Part shown: piece after piece, positions 14,474 through 28,119 of the stretch
Layout of the letters: the number at the start of each line of letters is the position of its first letter
Numbering within the stretch: position 1 is the first letter of the stretch
Source: Octopus vulgaris
Taxonomy: Eukaryota
Assembly (NCBI GenBank): GCA_951406725.2
Contig: OX597816.1
Location: 31,434,001 to 31,498,000, forward strand
DNA: 64,000 bases
Reading direction: 5' to 3'
Made by a program: the position numbers and the translations under genes
The notes under the pieces: generated by a model
The model's input: the letters and a program-made list of their open reading frames with translations, nothing else
What the model was told of the DNA's origin: nothing
The model's database searches: none

Positions 14474-15735
14474 TTAATAATACATTAATAATCATTATTA
14501 CTTTCCATTGACATTATGTGATAACAAAATTTCCCTGGAGATTGACAAAGTGTCCTGACTTAGCTTCAGTGGTTTAATCTCCTAAAAAGTTCTTAATTGA
14601 AAGTATTTTTCAGTTTTAGAAACAGAGATAACGATAGATATATTGAATAGGATACATCATATTAAATGCACATAAACGTAAATCCCTTGGGTGAAAAATA
14701 AAGTTTCAAAAACTAATAGAACTCCATTTATATATTTTATGAAACCATTATTACGAGAGGATTTTACTAAAGAAAGCATAATGGATTCACCAAAATCTCT
14801 TCTTTACTTTAGGAACATCAAATATTTATCAGATGTCCGTATTGATTAATGGCCACATTCATTAAATATTCATTATCAGATCTACTCAATATGATTTCAA
14901 TACTCCACATTCTCGTAAAGTTTTATAATTCATATTTCATCTATTTGAATGTGTAGGCATTTACATTTTGTCTCCCATATGAGTGCATATGGACTACTAT
15001 TATTAATCAACTCGACGCCAGATAATACTATTCAAACATTTGTTTCAATATTCTCGTAACACTAACTTATATTACTAGCTTTTACTGGCATAATATGAAA
15101 ACAACCATCATCATAATTTGTTTTACACTCTGGTACGAACTGGAATATAATTTCTTCGTACGGATCGCACATTAGTTTTCGCGTTGAAGTGCATATTCAT
15201 AATATTTTCGTTTGTTTTAATCGTCTCAAACTTCTGAAATAAACATATTTCTTTGCCAGGTGCTTTATATCAATAAGTATATATATTTAAATAATCAAGC
15301 ACTCGTTCAACTTTCTTTCACATTCTGCATCACTTACTCTACCTGGGTTTTCTATTCTTGCTAATCACTAACCGCAAAAATATCTTTATCCCCCGCTTTC
15401 TCCTCTAGTTCTCCTATCGATATATAATTATATCTATATGTACCTATCTATTTATGCACATGTTTGTTCATATTTTCCATACATTTAAATATAACTATAG
15501 GTGTAAATATTAGTATATATCTTTTTTTAAACTTTTAATACTTTTGATTTATATTTAAATAATATAAATTAAATTAATTTTACGTATTGGCTTATGTTTT
15601 TCATTGTTTGATTTGCCTAATAGTGGTTTTATCTCTAATTTAATATATTATAATATAATATATTTATACTATAAACTTGGATTTAATCCTAAATCTGATT
15701 TTTCCCTGTAAGTTTGGATTTATTCCCTAATATTT

Positions 15736-15775
<40 letters not shown>

Positions 15776-16109
15776 TATATATATATAAATGTATATACAT
15801 ACACACATGCACACACATACACAAATATATATATATACATAAGCATAAATATCTGAGCATATGTAATCTCACCGCCAACATGTACACACAAACAGACACA
15901 AAAAATTGTGTAGAACTATATCTTTCAAACAAGGAATATTGTCCTATCTTTGAACATTACATAATTGATTGAGAAATCTTCTAATCAATGCTGTTTTATT
16001 AATTGTCCAGCAGCCGTGTGTTGTTATGTTTGATAACACCAAAACCACTGTAATGGAATTCGTTGAATATACTCACAACTGATCACACACTTTCTCATTT
16101 CTTTATATG

Positions 16110-16140
<31 letters not shown>

Positions 16141-16141
16141 G

Positions 16142-16172
<31 letters not shown>

Positions 16173-16206
16173 GTGTGTATGCATTTATGTATATATATAT
16201 ATATAT

Positions 16207-16424
16207 TCTTTTATTCTTTTACTTGTTTCAGTCATTTGACTGCGGCCATGCTGGAGCACCGCCTTTAGTCGATCAAATCGACCCCGGGACTTATTCTTTG
16301 TAAGCCCAGTACGTATTATATCGGTCTCTTTTTGCCGAACCGCTAAGTGACGGGGAAGTAAACACACCTGCATCAGTTGTCAAGCAATGCTAGGGGGACA
16401 AACACAGACACACAAACACACACG

Positions 16425-16476
<52 letters not shown>

Positions 16477-16648
16477 CATATATACGACAGCCTTCTTTCA
16501 GTTTCCGTCTACCAAATCCACTCACAAGGCTTTGGTCGGCCCTGGGCTATAGCAGAATACACTTGCCCAAGATGCTGCGCAGTGGGACTGAACCCGGAAC
16601 CATGTGGTTGTTTAGCAAGCTACTTACCACACAGCCACTCCTGCGCCT
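16207..16648 (-). mobile_element. tRNA-derived SINE with CORE-like block (same family as 13247)
   Basis: Reverse-complement homology to 13247-13655 along its whole length. Confidence 0.9.
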
Positions 16649-16981
16649 ATACATATATGTATGCATATGTGTGTGTGTGTATGTGTGCGTGTATGTATGC
16701 AATTTGGAAAGTATTTTTCCATGTAATTTTTGAAGGTTTGTAGAAACTACATATTGTTGCAAATATTTTGTGCGTGCAATTGATATAAGATATTGCATCA
16801 CAATATCAAACATATACAATCTACATATAAATCTAAACACTATAAAGACAAAATTTGAAAGTAAAGCAAGTTTCACAGGCAGCGGATGAGGCTTGAAATT
16901 TCTAAAGGAAACATTAAATTTTCATTTTTATTTTTTTGTAAATTTCATCGATACCATGCAGCGGTATGTACTTACATACAC

Positions 16982-17050
<69 letters not shown>

Positions 17051-17690
17051 TGATTTGAAAACCCCCACTATATAATAATCTGAATGATATGATCTGAATG
17101 ATATGATATATATATAAAAATGTAATATATAAATAAATATCTATAAATATGAACCATCCGATCTTCTGATTACCTCATTTCTTCTAATATATATATATAT
17201 ATGGGGGTAGTTGAGCGCATGCGTGTGTGTGCGTGCGTTTGAATGTGTACGTGTTTTTTATGTCCAATATTTTACGAAAGTTTTTGACATCATGAGTAAA
17301 CTCCGTCGGAAATAAAACACTTTTATCTATTATAGTTACTATATAATTCAGCCTTAATAATAATCTCCTTGTGATTTAAAATGCAAAATGTTTGGAAGGT
17401 ATGACGGTTTTCCGTCAATTACCTTCCGTTGGAAGAGATTACTAAACTTCGGAAAAATGGATGTGATTTTGATATCTTCTTTAATACGTTGTATTAATCC
17501 GATTGTAAATTTGTTACATTTATGTTTTAAATCAAGATCAATATTTCTATGAATCCGTCAAAATATCTGGCACTAATCTGTGTATCGAATCTCATAGTTT
17601 TACACGTTTAACCCTACGTTAGATCTGATAACGCAAGCTCTTCTCAAATGAAATTCAGACTTTTCATTAATGGATTTTGATCGTTATGTT

Positions 17691-17800
<110 letters not shown>

Positions 17801-18095
17801 ATATATATACGTATGTATGTATGTACGTATGTATATACATATGCCAAAAAGAGTCAAGGTAGATAATGGTGAAATAATTTTATATAAACCATGTCAGTAC
17901 CGGATTCTGTCATTGAGACTTTTATTCGACTGTATGTATGGAAAGCAATTAAACTTTGGAAAAATTAAAAGAAAAGTTCTTTAAAAGAATATTTGCATAG
18001 TAGTCAAATTCAATGGACGTTTTCCTTCTTTCTGCCTGCCTCTGTCTCACTTGTTTGCTCTTGTGGGTTCGAGGTCGTTGTGAATTCTTGGCGGG

Positions 18096-18208
18096 GAAGA
18101 AGAAGAAAAAAGAAGAAGAAGAAGAAGGAGAATAAGAAGAAGAAGAAAAAGAAGAAGAAGAAGAAGAAGAAGAAGAAGAAGAAGAAGAAGAAGAAGAAGA
18201 AGAAGAAA
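18096..18208. repeat. (GAA)n microsatellite
   Basis: Direct reading. Confidence 0.97.
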
Positions 18209-18344
18209 AGCGTATCCGGGCTTGTGTTAGGAGACTGTTCAAAGCCTTGTATTGTCTCTTGCATTTTATGATGGTGTGTGCTTGGAGGATAAAGTTCTTT
18301 CTGTGGTCCTTTTGTAGCAGGGGAAAGTTTTGAAGGATGGGGTC

Positions 18345-18634
18345 GAAGCTTTCAATGCTGTGTGTGGGGAGAGCGACTTTTTGGGCCTTATAATATAACA
18401 CACTCACCGGTAAAATTTCCACTTGTTTTCGTATTTTTCCTTTCCTTAAAGTTCCGTTGCGTCTTGCAACATTTTCAACAGTCTTGACACAAAACTATTG
18501 AAAAGGTTGCATGTCGCAACGAAAATTTTAGGAAAATAAACATAAGGAATAATTGGACATTTTACCATTCAGTGTGTTAACTTATGAGGCACAAATAGAA
18601 AATGACTCTCCCCAGACGCAACAGAATATGCTTC
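18345..18634. repeat. ~290-bp imperfect palindrome (fold-back / MITE-like)
   Basis: The left arm GGGGAGAG..GCCTTATAATATAACACACT..GGTAAAATTTCCA..CGTTGCGTCTTGCAACATTTTCAACAGT pairs with the right arm ACTATTGAAAAGGTTGCATGTCGCAACG..TGGACATTTTACC..AGTGTGTTAACTTATGAGGC..CTCTCCCC. Centre is near 18490. Confidence 0.85.
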
Positions 18635-18775
18635 AACACACGAACTCACATAAAATATCTTGCAAAGCAAATCCCCATACGAAATATATATGTGTGTGTT
18701 TGTGTGATTATGTATATTTTCTCTCTCTCTAATTTCAGGTCAGATCTATGGCCATGCTGATGCACCGCCGTTATG

Positions 18776-18844
<69 letters not shown>

Positions 18845-18996
18845 CATATACATACATACAAATAAACGTAGAACACAACGAATAACGAAAACATAAACAC
18901 ACAACAAGGAAGCGGACTTGTTTTAACAACCAAAAAATAGAGTACAAAGAACATTCCCCTTCTTCAGCTGCCCCTGTTTCGACTCATTGCGTGTTT

Positions 18997-19071
<75 letters not shown>

Positions 19072-19109
19072 ATGTATATATGTATATTTGTATGTGTGTG
19101 TGGTTGATA

Positions 19110-21080
19110 CTTACCAGATCAGTTCCGTGGGGCAGTTACAGGCGGAGACGATGGGGTGGCCAGGTTTGTTGGGTTTGTGGATTTTGGAAAGGATGTAAAT
19201 GGTGAGATTGGAGGCGGTGAGAGGGAGAGGGGAAGAGGAGATGACGTCATGGATAGTGGAGGACACAGCCTGTTGGTAGCTAGGCTAATATTTGGAGGGA
19301 AGAGCACAATAGAAAGAGGTGTCTTGAAGTTGGCGGAGAGCTTCAGAAATGTACGATTCTGCGCACCACACCACCAGGGCTCAACCATTGACGGCCGGTT
19401 TTTTGATATCTTTGCAGCGTTGTAGACATAGAAGGGCCAAGAGTTCGACAGGGAGGATGTTCAGATATCGGTGACGCCTGCGAATGTTAAACCAATCTAT
19501 AACACGTTGGAAAATTCCCGCAAAATGACCGACTGCTCGGAACTGGACATGATCTGGCTTCCAGTGGGATGGTCGGCGGCCCAGGTCGGTGTAGCATTCC
19601 TCTTCGTTAGATGCTGGATGAGTATTGTGCATATAGCCTGAAACGGCGCACATAGCTATGAATTTCAGCACGTGTCTGAAATTCGTTATTGGATGGAATG
19701 AGGTGGATGAAGTGCACACCTCTACTGAGGAGAGAACGATCCGCTTCAGAGAGGGGAAGATCAGTAGGAACGGTAACAACAGACTGAAGTGGAGCGGAGC
19801 TGCACAAGTTAGAAATGTGTGGGTGGTGGGTGTATTGGAAAGCTAGGAGGAAAGAATAGGGTTAAGTGTGTGGGGGTTGAATAATGGAATGGTTGGGATG
19901 AGGAAGAGGGGAAAGCGTATCGGGGTGGGAGTTGTGGAGTAGTGGCACCGAGTGTGACGGAATGAAAGCTTGAGTTTGGTGAGTGCGAGAAAATCGTGGA
20001 AAAATATGACTTAAATCGATTATGTAGCATAGAGAAGAATGAGTATAGGAAATGAAGGTGAGGAGAACAAACATGGAATAAACGTGAGGGACAAGGTTGT
20101 CGAGGGTGTGTATTTAGGAGAGTTTGGAACGAATGGTGGTACTCATACAGCGGCAGAATGTAATATGGAGTATAGGTTGGATGGCAGAGGCAGTGTGGAA
20201 AGGGGGGTGGATATGGACGCGGAAAGCGTCCTTTCTGTGTGTAGCTTTGGTGATAGGAAAGTGGTAAAGGCAGCGACTGAGATATGAAACGTGACAAGAG
20301 AACCGTGTTTTCTTTTGGGGGAAAATTAGTAGGAAAACATTATTAGATGGTTGGAAGCAGCGGAAAGAAAGTGTGGAAACGTGTTTCTTTAGGCGGGAGT
20401 GAAGGTCGAGGAGGAAAGATTTGTAATTGCGTTTTTCTGAAAAAGGAGAAAAAAGGGAGAGTGAAAGGCATAGTAATGACGTACGGGGTATAAATGTTAA
20501 AAACAGTTAAAAGGTGTGTTAGGAGAAGAAAATTCAGAAGCAGGAGGAGAAAAAAAAGAATTAGAAGAGAAAGAGGAAACAAATGGAGGAGAAAAGGAGA
20601 AGAAAAAAATAGAAGATGCAAAGATAAAGAAAAGACGAGAGAGCGGCAAAATAACGTGCGGATTAAGAGAAAACAGAGTAGGGAAAACAGAGAGTTTTCA
20701 TCAACGGAAGAAACCTGTGAAATCCCTATGTATTGTAATTCGGGTGAAATGCTGGTGTGTAGCTAAGGAGAGGTGCAAACAGTTCAGATAGTAGTAAGTC
20801 TGACGTGTAGGAAGGGACCGTACAATATATATTTAAAATTTAGGGAAAACCAAAAGACGAAGAGAGGTGTATAAACTATAAACATGTGTAGTAGTTTGAC
20901 TCTCGGGAAGGTGAGAACATATTTTACCTTTCAAGCATACGTTCTTCAATGGAAAGAAACACGAGGAAATAAGCAGAGAGAATTTAAAAAAAAAAAACAA
21001 AAAAACTTGTGGATTTAGTGGTCAATCATGGCGACTGTTGGGCAAAGGTAGTTTGACGGGACAGCTAAGAAGAAGGGGAG
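19110..21080 (-). mobile_element. Penelope-like element relic: pLTR (~20830-21080) followed by decayed N-terminal ORF
   Basis: VVTVPTDLPLSEADRSLLSRGVHF..YVRRFRLYAQY resembles the Penelope pre-RT motif (LSxxExxVLSKGLNF..FxRRLRL). The upstream segment is homologous to the pLTR at 52120-52296, including a decayed hammerhead-like motif at ~20922-20957. Confidence 0.7.
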
Positions 21081-21089
21081 ATAAAAATA

Positions 21090-21522
21090 CATGGAGTGCC
21101 TGTGCGGTAAGAAGCTTGCTTACCCACGACATTATACCGGATTCAATTCCACCGCGTGGTACCTTGCGCAGGTGTCTCGGGCCGACCAAAGCTGTGTTAG
21201 CGCATTTGATAAATAGAAACTGAAAGAAGCACGTTAGCACGCCGGGCGAAATCCTTAGCGGCATTTCGTCTGCCGCTACTTTCTGAGTTCAAATTCCGCC
21301 GAGGTCGACTTTGACGTTCATCCTTTCGGGGTCGATTAAATAAGTACCAGTTACGTACTGGAGTCGATGTAATTGACTTAATCCGTTTGCCTGCCTTTGT
21401 TTGTCCTCTCTGTGTGTAGCCCCTTGTGGGAAGTAAAGAAACAAGAAACTGAAAGAAGTACGTCGTAAATATATATTTGTATATGCAAGTATATATATAA
21501 ATATATATGTATATATATATAC

Positions 21523-21577
<55 letters not shown>

Positions 21578-21785
21578 TGTATTTGTTTGTCTGTGTTTCC
21601 TCCCCCACTATCGCTTCACAACAGATGTTGTTGTGTTTACTTTACCGTAACCAAGCGGTTTGGCAAAGAGACCGATATAATAAGGATTGATCTACAAAAT
21701 ATATGTCTTGGTGTTGATTTTGTTCGACTAAAGGCAGTGCTCTAGCAGTCAAATGACTGAAAGAAGTAAAAGTAAAAGAAAAGAT
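21090..21785 (+). mobile_element. CORE-like SINE interrupted by a nested SINE
   Basis: Head GGAGTGCCTGTGCGGTAAGAAGCTTGC..GGATTCAATTCC. The body resumes after 21463 and ends CAGTCAAATGACTGAAAG. Confidence 0.85.
21235..21443 (+). mobile_element. 5'-truncated SINE of a second family, nested, with 20-bp target-site duplication
   Basis: Flanked by AGAAACTGAAAGAAGCACGT (21215-21234) and AGAAACTGAAAGAAGTACGT (21444-21463). Body contains GAGTTCAAATTCCGCCGAGGTCGACTTTG..CATCCTTTCGGGGTCG. Confidence 0.85.
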
Positions 21786-21799
21786 GGAATTTAATCGTT

Positions 21800-22200
21800 C
21801 TTCCAGCGATGATTCTCTTCTCAGTACTTGTCATGTACCATTTAAAACAAGGTTCTGCACTGCTTGCAGTGATGGTAAGCAAGGTATTATTTTCACATAA
21901 TTTTCATTTACATTTTTGATCATTTCTAACACTCCTACAATCACTGGTATTTTAACAGGCTTTTCGATATCAATGATTAAATTGTTATATACGCGTATTC
22001 TGTGCTTGTCAAATTCTTTAGCCGACATATTACGACATTTAACGATCAGAAGAAATACGCATGTAGATGAATAAATAGACTTCATTATTTTGGTCTATAA
22101 GCCCTGGATGTTTTTTTTCTCTGTATGTACTATTCTTGTTATTTCCTGTAGCTCTGTTGTAATTGATCGCCTCTTTACGATCGTTGCTATCGCTTATGTA
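21800..22200 (-). mobile_element. R4/Dong-like (RLE-type) LINE, C-terminal relic
   Basis: KIPVIVGVLEMIK..IPCLPSLQAVQNLVLNGT parallels the C-terminus of the 25637 ORF (VPVIVGALGMIKK..IPGKPCLKEIQKIVLTSTAH). Confidence 0.75.
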
Positions 22201-23029
22201 GTAGTTTGTGTCCTTGCAGTGACTGCCCTAAGTTGTTATGGTGGCTGAACTGATTGTCTTGCATATGTGTTCACTACTTTATAGTAGTCAGTTATATTTA
22301 TTATCACCGTCACAACCATGACCGACCAGGCTATCAGGTGTTGCTACACATCGCTGGTCACAATGCGCTCCGCATTGTTTTAGCCTTCAAATGACGCCAC
22401 ACCGCTGGCTAAGCGAGCAGACCATTATATTTATTATATATTTTATATTATATTATATATAATATATATTTTCCCTATATTTATAATAGATATAGGGAAA
22501 AACAGATGGGGATAGCTAATTTGTAAATATATATAACAATGTTTTGTAAAAGCAAAACTGCTTACGATCATAGTATTCTTTGCTCACACACCGCTTCCTA
22601 CACCTCCTTGTTGCTGAGATGGTTGCAACAGTGTTCTCTCTTCCATTTCTTTCTAGTTTCTTCTTTGCTTATTTGGATTGTACAAACTCTTCCCGGTGTT
22701 GTTTGCGCTTTTTTTTTCTTATGGAATTTGATTTGAAATTGTTGTACTGGCGTTTGCATCGTGTATTGTATGTGGAATGCGATTTGTTTCTTTCTGTTGG
22801 GAATCAGACTTGTAGATTACATCTTATTACAGTTGTTCATTGTGTCGGCTATTTACTGTATGAGTTTATCTATTTCGGTTTTGGTGAACTTGCCATTCTC
22901 ACATGATATATCGTCTGATGTTAGCAATTGTATTCTTTCTTATATTGTTCTTTTTATCTGATATTTTGTTGGAACTACTGGAGTTTTGCATGCGTAGCGG
23001 TCTTGCCGCCTGTAGCCTACAGTACAATG

Positions 23030-24000
23030 ATGTCTGTTCTTTTCAACTGTCTATTACTTATTATTCTGGCGGTGCCAAGGAGGGAACATTTTGTAACAGT
23101 TCCACTGGACACTCCGATTTCCTTTGCATTCATCTTCATGCTAAGGAGACAATAGTAATTAGCATTCTCTTCAACTTAATTTTCCATAGCCGAGCTATTT
23201 CATAATTAAGAGCATTGTATTTATCTAATTTATCGGTTTTTGTTCCTTACTATTCGTAGGTCAAAGGGGCACGCAACATCCACTCTATAGTACATGTCGT
23301 GCATCATGTCCACAACAACTAGATCCGATCAGTTATACTCTCAAGACTAAGTTATTCAATTTGGGAAACCCCGCAGGAATTTTCACGTCTCCGACTCCTC
23401 GAATCTATGCGATTTGTACTCATACCAGTCTTGACACTCTCTAGCGCTAAGTTCACTTTTCTCATAGTATCCACTGTATCACTTTCGCTACTTCTTCGAC
23501 TCGTCACAAAGTGTGATGGTTTTAGGGAAATTTAGGGCATTCGTTGGTGATATGGGCTCGGTTTCCGTTCACGCTACTACACGCGAGGAAGAGCGGAGAC
23601 ACTTGTTCATCTCTAAGCTTGACACTCCAAATTGTGGCCAAACCTTGGTCTTGCGCTGCCAGTATAGTGATGTCAATCTCTTTCCTTTCTTCAGTCAATC
23701 TCTTTCTTTTCTTCAGTCAATCCCACCTGTGTTTTCCAGCAACATCAGTTGAAGCTGCACAGATTTTATTTTGTACTCCCTTATTCTTTAATGCTTTTTC
23801 ATTTCCTTACTGTACTCCTTGCTTTGTTCCCCAACTTTTATCTGATTTCAATATTCAATCGTTCCTAACACTAGCAAGGTTTCCTTACTTTAGGTTAGGT
23901 ATCTCAACAAGTTTCCGAGTTCGATACGTACGTATTTTTCTACATTTACCACCCCACTTTCTCCATTTGCTCTCTTTAAGTACAGGTGATCAATGTCTGT
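23030..24000 (-). mobile_element. R4/Dong-like LINE, decayed 3' half
   Basis: Fragments DWYEYKS, SDLVVVD..VDVACPFD, KLDKYNALNYEIARLWKIK and CSLLGTARII fit the RLE domain and C-terminus. Confidence 0.7.
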
Positions 24001-25070
24001 AATTCAGTGGCTAAATCCTAGTATGCTGCTATTTGCTCTATACCTCTCATATTGATCTTTTCATCATTTAGAACTATAAAGTCCATTATCAGCTATTGAC
24101 TATATTCTTTCCCTACTGGTACTAAATCAGGCTTTCTAGCTTCTATTACGCTGTCTGTCAGAATTTTAAATTTCCACGACATCTCATATTTCTTGATACT
24201 CATACTTTACAAGGTTCATTTACATAACATTTTTAGTATGGTCAAATCCTAACTTTCTACATATCTCACAGTGGATTACTCTCTCTAGATTGTCATGCCT
24301 TTCCTTGTTTTCTTTCTGTGCCATAATGTTACACACATTATGTGTGTAGCAGTTTCCTCTTTTGGTTTGCATAAACTACACTGGAAATCTACTTGGCTTT
24401 TGTCCAATTACTTCTCAATGCTTGATCTTATGCTGCTACTAATAAACCTTCCCTCTGCCTTTTCAGCCTTCATTTCTGCTACCATAACCATGTCTCACTA
24501 CCACCAATTGCTGCAATTATTTTTGGGAATGTACCATGCAAATCTTTCTCCTGCCTCTCAGATAACTTTTGTCCTTTTTTTCTGATTTTAAAACTCATTT
24601 GGCTTTCTGTTTTCCCTATGTCTTGCTTTGATTCTAGCAGTCCTCATAGACTTTCTTCACTATTGGCTATTTAGGAGTCAATGTCTACTCTAGCTAACTC
24701 CACGCAGTCTTCTACATATAGTAAACCTCTTCCACCTTCCTTCCTAGCTAAGTGTATACCAGCTATCCCCTTTCTTTGGTGAAGCCGTCCATTCATATTT
24801 AATTCCTTCCGTATTATTCTGTCTCCTCTGCTAATTAAGATTTTGTGCAATCTCTTAAAGCTGCTGAGTATCTAAGTAGAGGTACTACCCAATTATTTAC
24901 AGAGTTCTCAAGGCATGTAGCTTCGACTTATTTAACACCCTTGTGATAAATTCTTTCTCAATTTTCTCAATTTTGGGTTTCATTTCTAATGCTCCTAGAT
25001 ACATATCTCTCTCTCCTTCTTTCAATGATTTTAATGTCTGGCCATGCTTTCGATGTTCTTCTTGTTATGT
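24000..25070 (-). mobile_element. R4/Dong-like LINE, decayed post-RT/RLE region, abutting (ATC)n/(ATT)n tract
   Basis: IHLARKEGGRGLLYVEDCVELA and HDNLERVIHCEICRKLGF fragments (cf. LYLxRxxGGRGL and RHDxVxxxIHWxLC). Confidence 0.75.
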
Positions 25071-25130
25071 TTGATGTTGTTACCATCATCATTATCATCA
25101 TCATCAGCATCATCATCATCATCATCATCA

Positions 25131-25167
<37 letters not shown>

Positions 25168-25168
<1 letters not shown>

Positions 25169-25415
25169 GTGCGAGAGAGCATTGCATGCGGTGAAAGTAA
25201 CACTGGGGTACAATTATACGAAGCGCAATATACCCATCGTAACTACCCATCTGATAAGTGTACACCAGTCACAAATACATCATAGCCATATATGCACGAA
25301 CTGTGATCACATATCGAGATCATCATGACCTGGGCAATGACCGTGTAGGTGGGGCTCAGTTATATTGTCTTCAGTTCGAGTAGCCGATCCGCTCAAAAGA
25401 TCCCTGAATAAGGGT
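25168..25415 (-). mobile_element. Short non-coding element bounded on both sides by TAA-type tracts (possible Dong-associated non-autonomous element)
   Basis: ~250-bp higher-GC block between (ATT)n at 25132-25167 and 25420-25482. No ORF; strand is inferred. Confidence 0.4.
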
Positions 25416-25447
25416 CCAAATTATTATTAATGTTATGATTATTATTA

Positions 25448-25478
<31 letters not shown>

Positions 25479-25484
25479 CATTGT

Positions 25485-27104
25485 CATTTACTTTTAATCT
25501 GCATGTTTGATGCAATCACCTGCCGGGGCACACCCAGCGCCCTAGGGCAAGTGAAGGTTAAGAGTTGTTGAAATATAGCTGAAAGCTTGGGGAGGGGAAG
25601 TAGAGATATATCTCCATGTAATGCAAACACAAACATTTACATTGATAGGGTTTTTCTAAGGATGTGGGCAGTACTTGTTAGCACAATCTTTTGGATTTCC
25701 TTGAGACATGGTTTTCCAGGGATATTGTCTAGGTGTTTCTGACATCCCTTTTTTATCATACCTAGGGCACCTACAATAACAGGAACAGTTTTTTGTTTTA
25801 AGATTCCACATCCTCTGTATTTCGATTTCCAGGTCCTTATATTTACTAAGTTTGTCAAATTCCTTGACAGATACATTTTTATCAGTGGGGACGCTTACTT
25901 CTATTAGTCTGCAGGTATTTTCTTCCCTGTCTTTAACAATTATGTCTGGTCGATTAGCCTTGATCGTTCTGTCAGTGTTGACTGGAAAATCCCAGAGGAT
26001 GGTGACATCTTTACCTTCAACAACTGGCTGAGGATGGTGTTCATACCAGTTAGCAGGAGTGTCGGATTTGTAGTGTTTACATATCTTCCAATGTATATAC
26101 TGTCCTACCCTATCGTGGCGATTTTTGTATTCGTTTGGTGTCAGCACAGGACATCCCGAAACGAGATGGTCTATCGTTTCGTCAAATGTGTCGCAGAATC
26201 TGCATTTAGGGTCAGTACCGTTTCGGAGAACGTTAGCCTGGTAATTTCTGGTAAACAAGCTTTGATCTTGTGCTGCCATTATGAAACCTTCAGTCTCTGC
26301 TTTCAATCCAGAGCTCTTCAGCCACTGATGGGTTGTTGCTTGGTCTACATCAGCATTTTGGCTTCGGAGAATATATTGTCCATGCAGGGGCTTCTGGCTC
26401 CACCGCCTCTCAATTTGATTCTGCCCGTTCTTTTTTGCAGTCTGCTTGATTCGCTTTGCTTGCTTGGTAGCAGTGGTTTCCGGCTCTTCATCTGATTCAA
26501 GGTTAATGTCTAGTTCCCTTTCGAACTTATAAGCTTCCTTGACAATAGAATGCAGCTTTTTGCTGCTTTCGTGTTCGCACACAAGTCGCAGCATCCAGTC
26601 CTTTGTACTAGATAGGTACCTGTTCATTCCTACAGTAGAGGTCTTATAGCACAGCTCTAATTGCATCATTCCTCTCCCCCCCGCTGCTTCTAGGTAGGTA
26701 CAAGCGGTCTACATATGCCTTAGGGTGGTGTATGCTCTTGGATGTCAGTAACTTTCTTGTCTTCCTGTCCAAGCGTTGGAGTTCCGTAAGGTTCCAGTTA
26801 ATGATGTTAAAACTGTACTGGACTACTGGAAGTGCCAGGGTGTTAATGGCCTCAATGCAATTTTTGGAGTTGAGTTCAGTCTTCAGTACAAGCCTTATTC
26901 TCCTATAGTATTCCTTTCTTATTTTTTCCTTCATAGTAGCATGATGTATACCATCTCCTTCGTTGATTCCTAGGTATTTGTAACTTTCCTGTGGGTCAAG
27001 TTCCTTGATGGTAGTGTCAATATCTAATTTAACAGAAGCTGTTTGCCTGAGCTTGCCTCTTACAAAAGTTGCTTTAGCACACTTATCAAGGCAAAAATCA
27101 AGGC
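25485..27104 (-). mobile_element. 5'-truncated R4/Dong-like non-LTR retrotransposon (RT C-terminus, CCHC knuckle, RLE endonuclease); least decayed LINE in the window
   Basis: LDKCAK..SYKYLGINE..HHPKAYVDRLYLPRSSGG; AAQDQSLFTRNY..CRFCDTFDETIDHLVSGC (CCHC); RHDRVGQYIHW; RPDIIVKD..IEVSVP..KLSKYKDL (PD-(D/E)xK). Only two frameshifts, in homopolymers (~26675, ~25790). 3' UTR 25485-25636. (TAA)n-type tracts on both sides. Confidence 0.93.
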
Positions 27105-27135
<31 letters not shown>

Positions 27136-28072
27136 GGTATCATTATTGTTATTGATGTGGTTGCTGTTGTTGTTGTCATTGTCGTTGTCGCTGTTCCTCT
27201 CATTATTTAAAACAGATTTATTCGACCCATACAGGCTCGTCAAAGGACACTAGCTCATCTAGCACTGGCAGCCGTACGCTGAGATTGTGTAGCTTTATAT
27301 TCTTGTTAATAACTGCTATGATATCCGTGATGTTAAACGAGATATCGAATAGTGTGTGTCGGGTGGATTGGTTAAAGGTATGGAACAGTATTGCTTGGAC
27401 AGAATCTCAACCATATCTGCTGCACCACTATGCAGAGAGATTTTATCTTCCAGTTGTGTAACAGATGAGATAACGATCGTATGGTTTACGACGAATACGA
27501 AGAGCACTTTAGGATTCACTTTTACATTCTCTAAGCGTACTTATTTCTGCTGCTCGTTGTCGATGATATGTTAATGAATTTTGATGATTATGTTTCTTTC
27601 ATTCCAGTAAAGATATATCTGTCAAGTACGTGCCTTGCTTCAGTCACTATTTTAGCCGGTTGATATTTTCCACTCGTCTTTTTTTTTCTCTCGATATCTT
27701 TATTATAAGTGGGTGTCTGTCACATAACAGAATGTGCTTTATTTCGCTTTGATTTTTTAGTAAAAAAAAAAAAAAAACAGTCAGCGTGTGAAAGATCATG
27801 TGTAAATGCCTTCCAGTTAGCATTTCGTAGATATATTAGACCATAAGTGCTTGCCAATCTCACGAACAAACAAATCGTTGAGTAATATTAATGCTAGAAG
27901 TATAATTTCAATGAGGAACAATTTGTACCACTAGGACAAACGATGGAAAACTACGTCACTACACAAACACAAACTAAAACATCAGTCATGCACAGTCAGC
28001 TAGCAAAGGCACACGCGCACAAATACACACATACACACATACACACACATACACTGCATATGTGTGTGTATA

Positions 28073-28119
<47 letters not shown>

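Noticed and set aside
18940-18997. CTGAAGA and GAAAC on the minus strand
   Set aside because: Order and spacing (only 9 nt between GAAA and CTGAAGA) cannot form stems I and III. At most a truncated pLTR piece.
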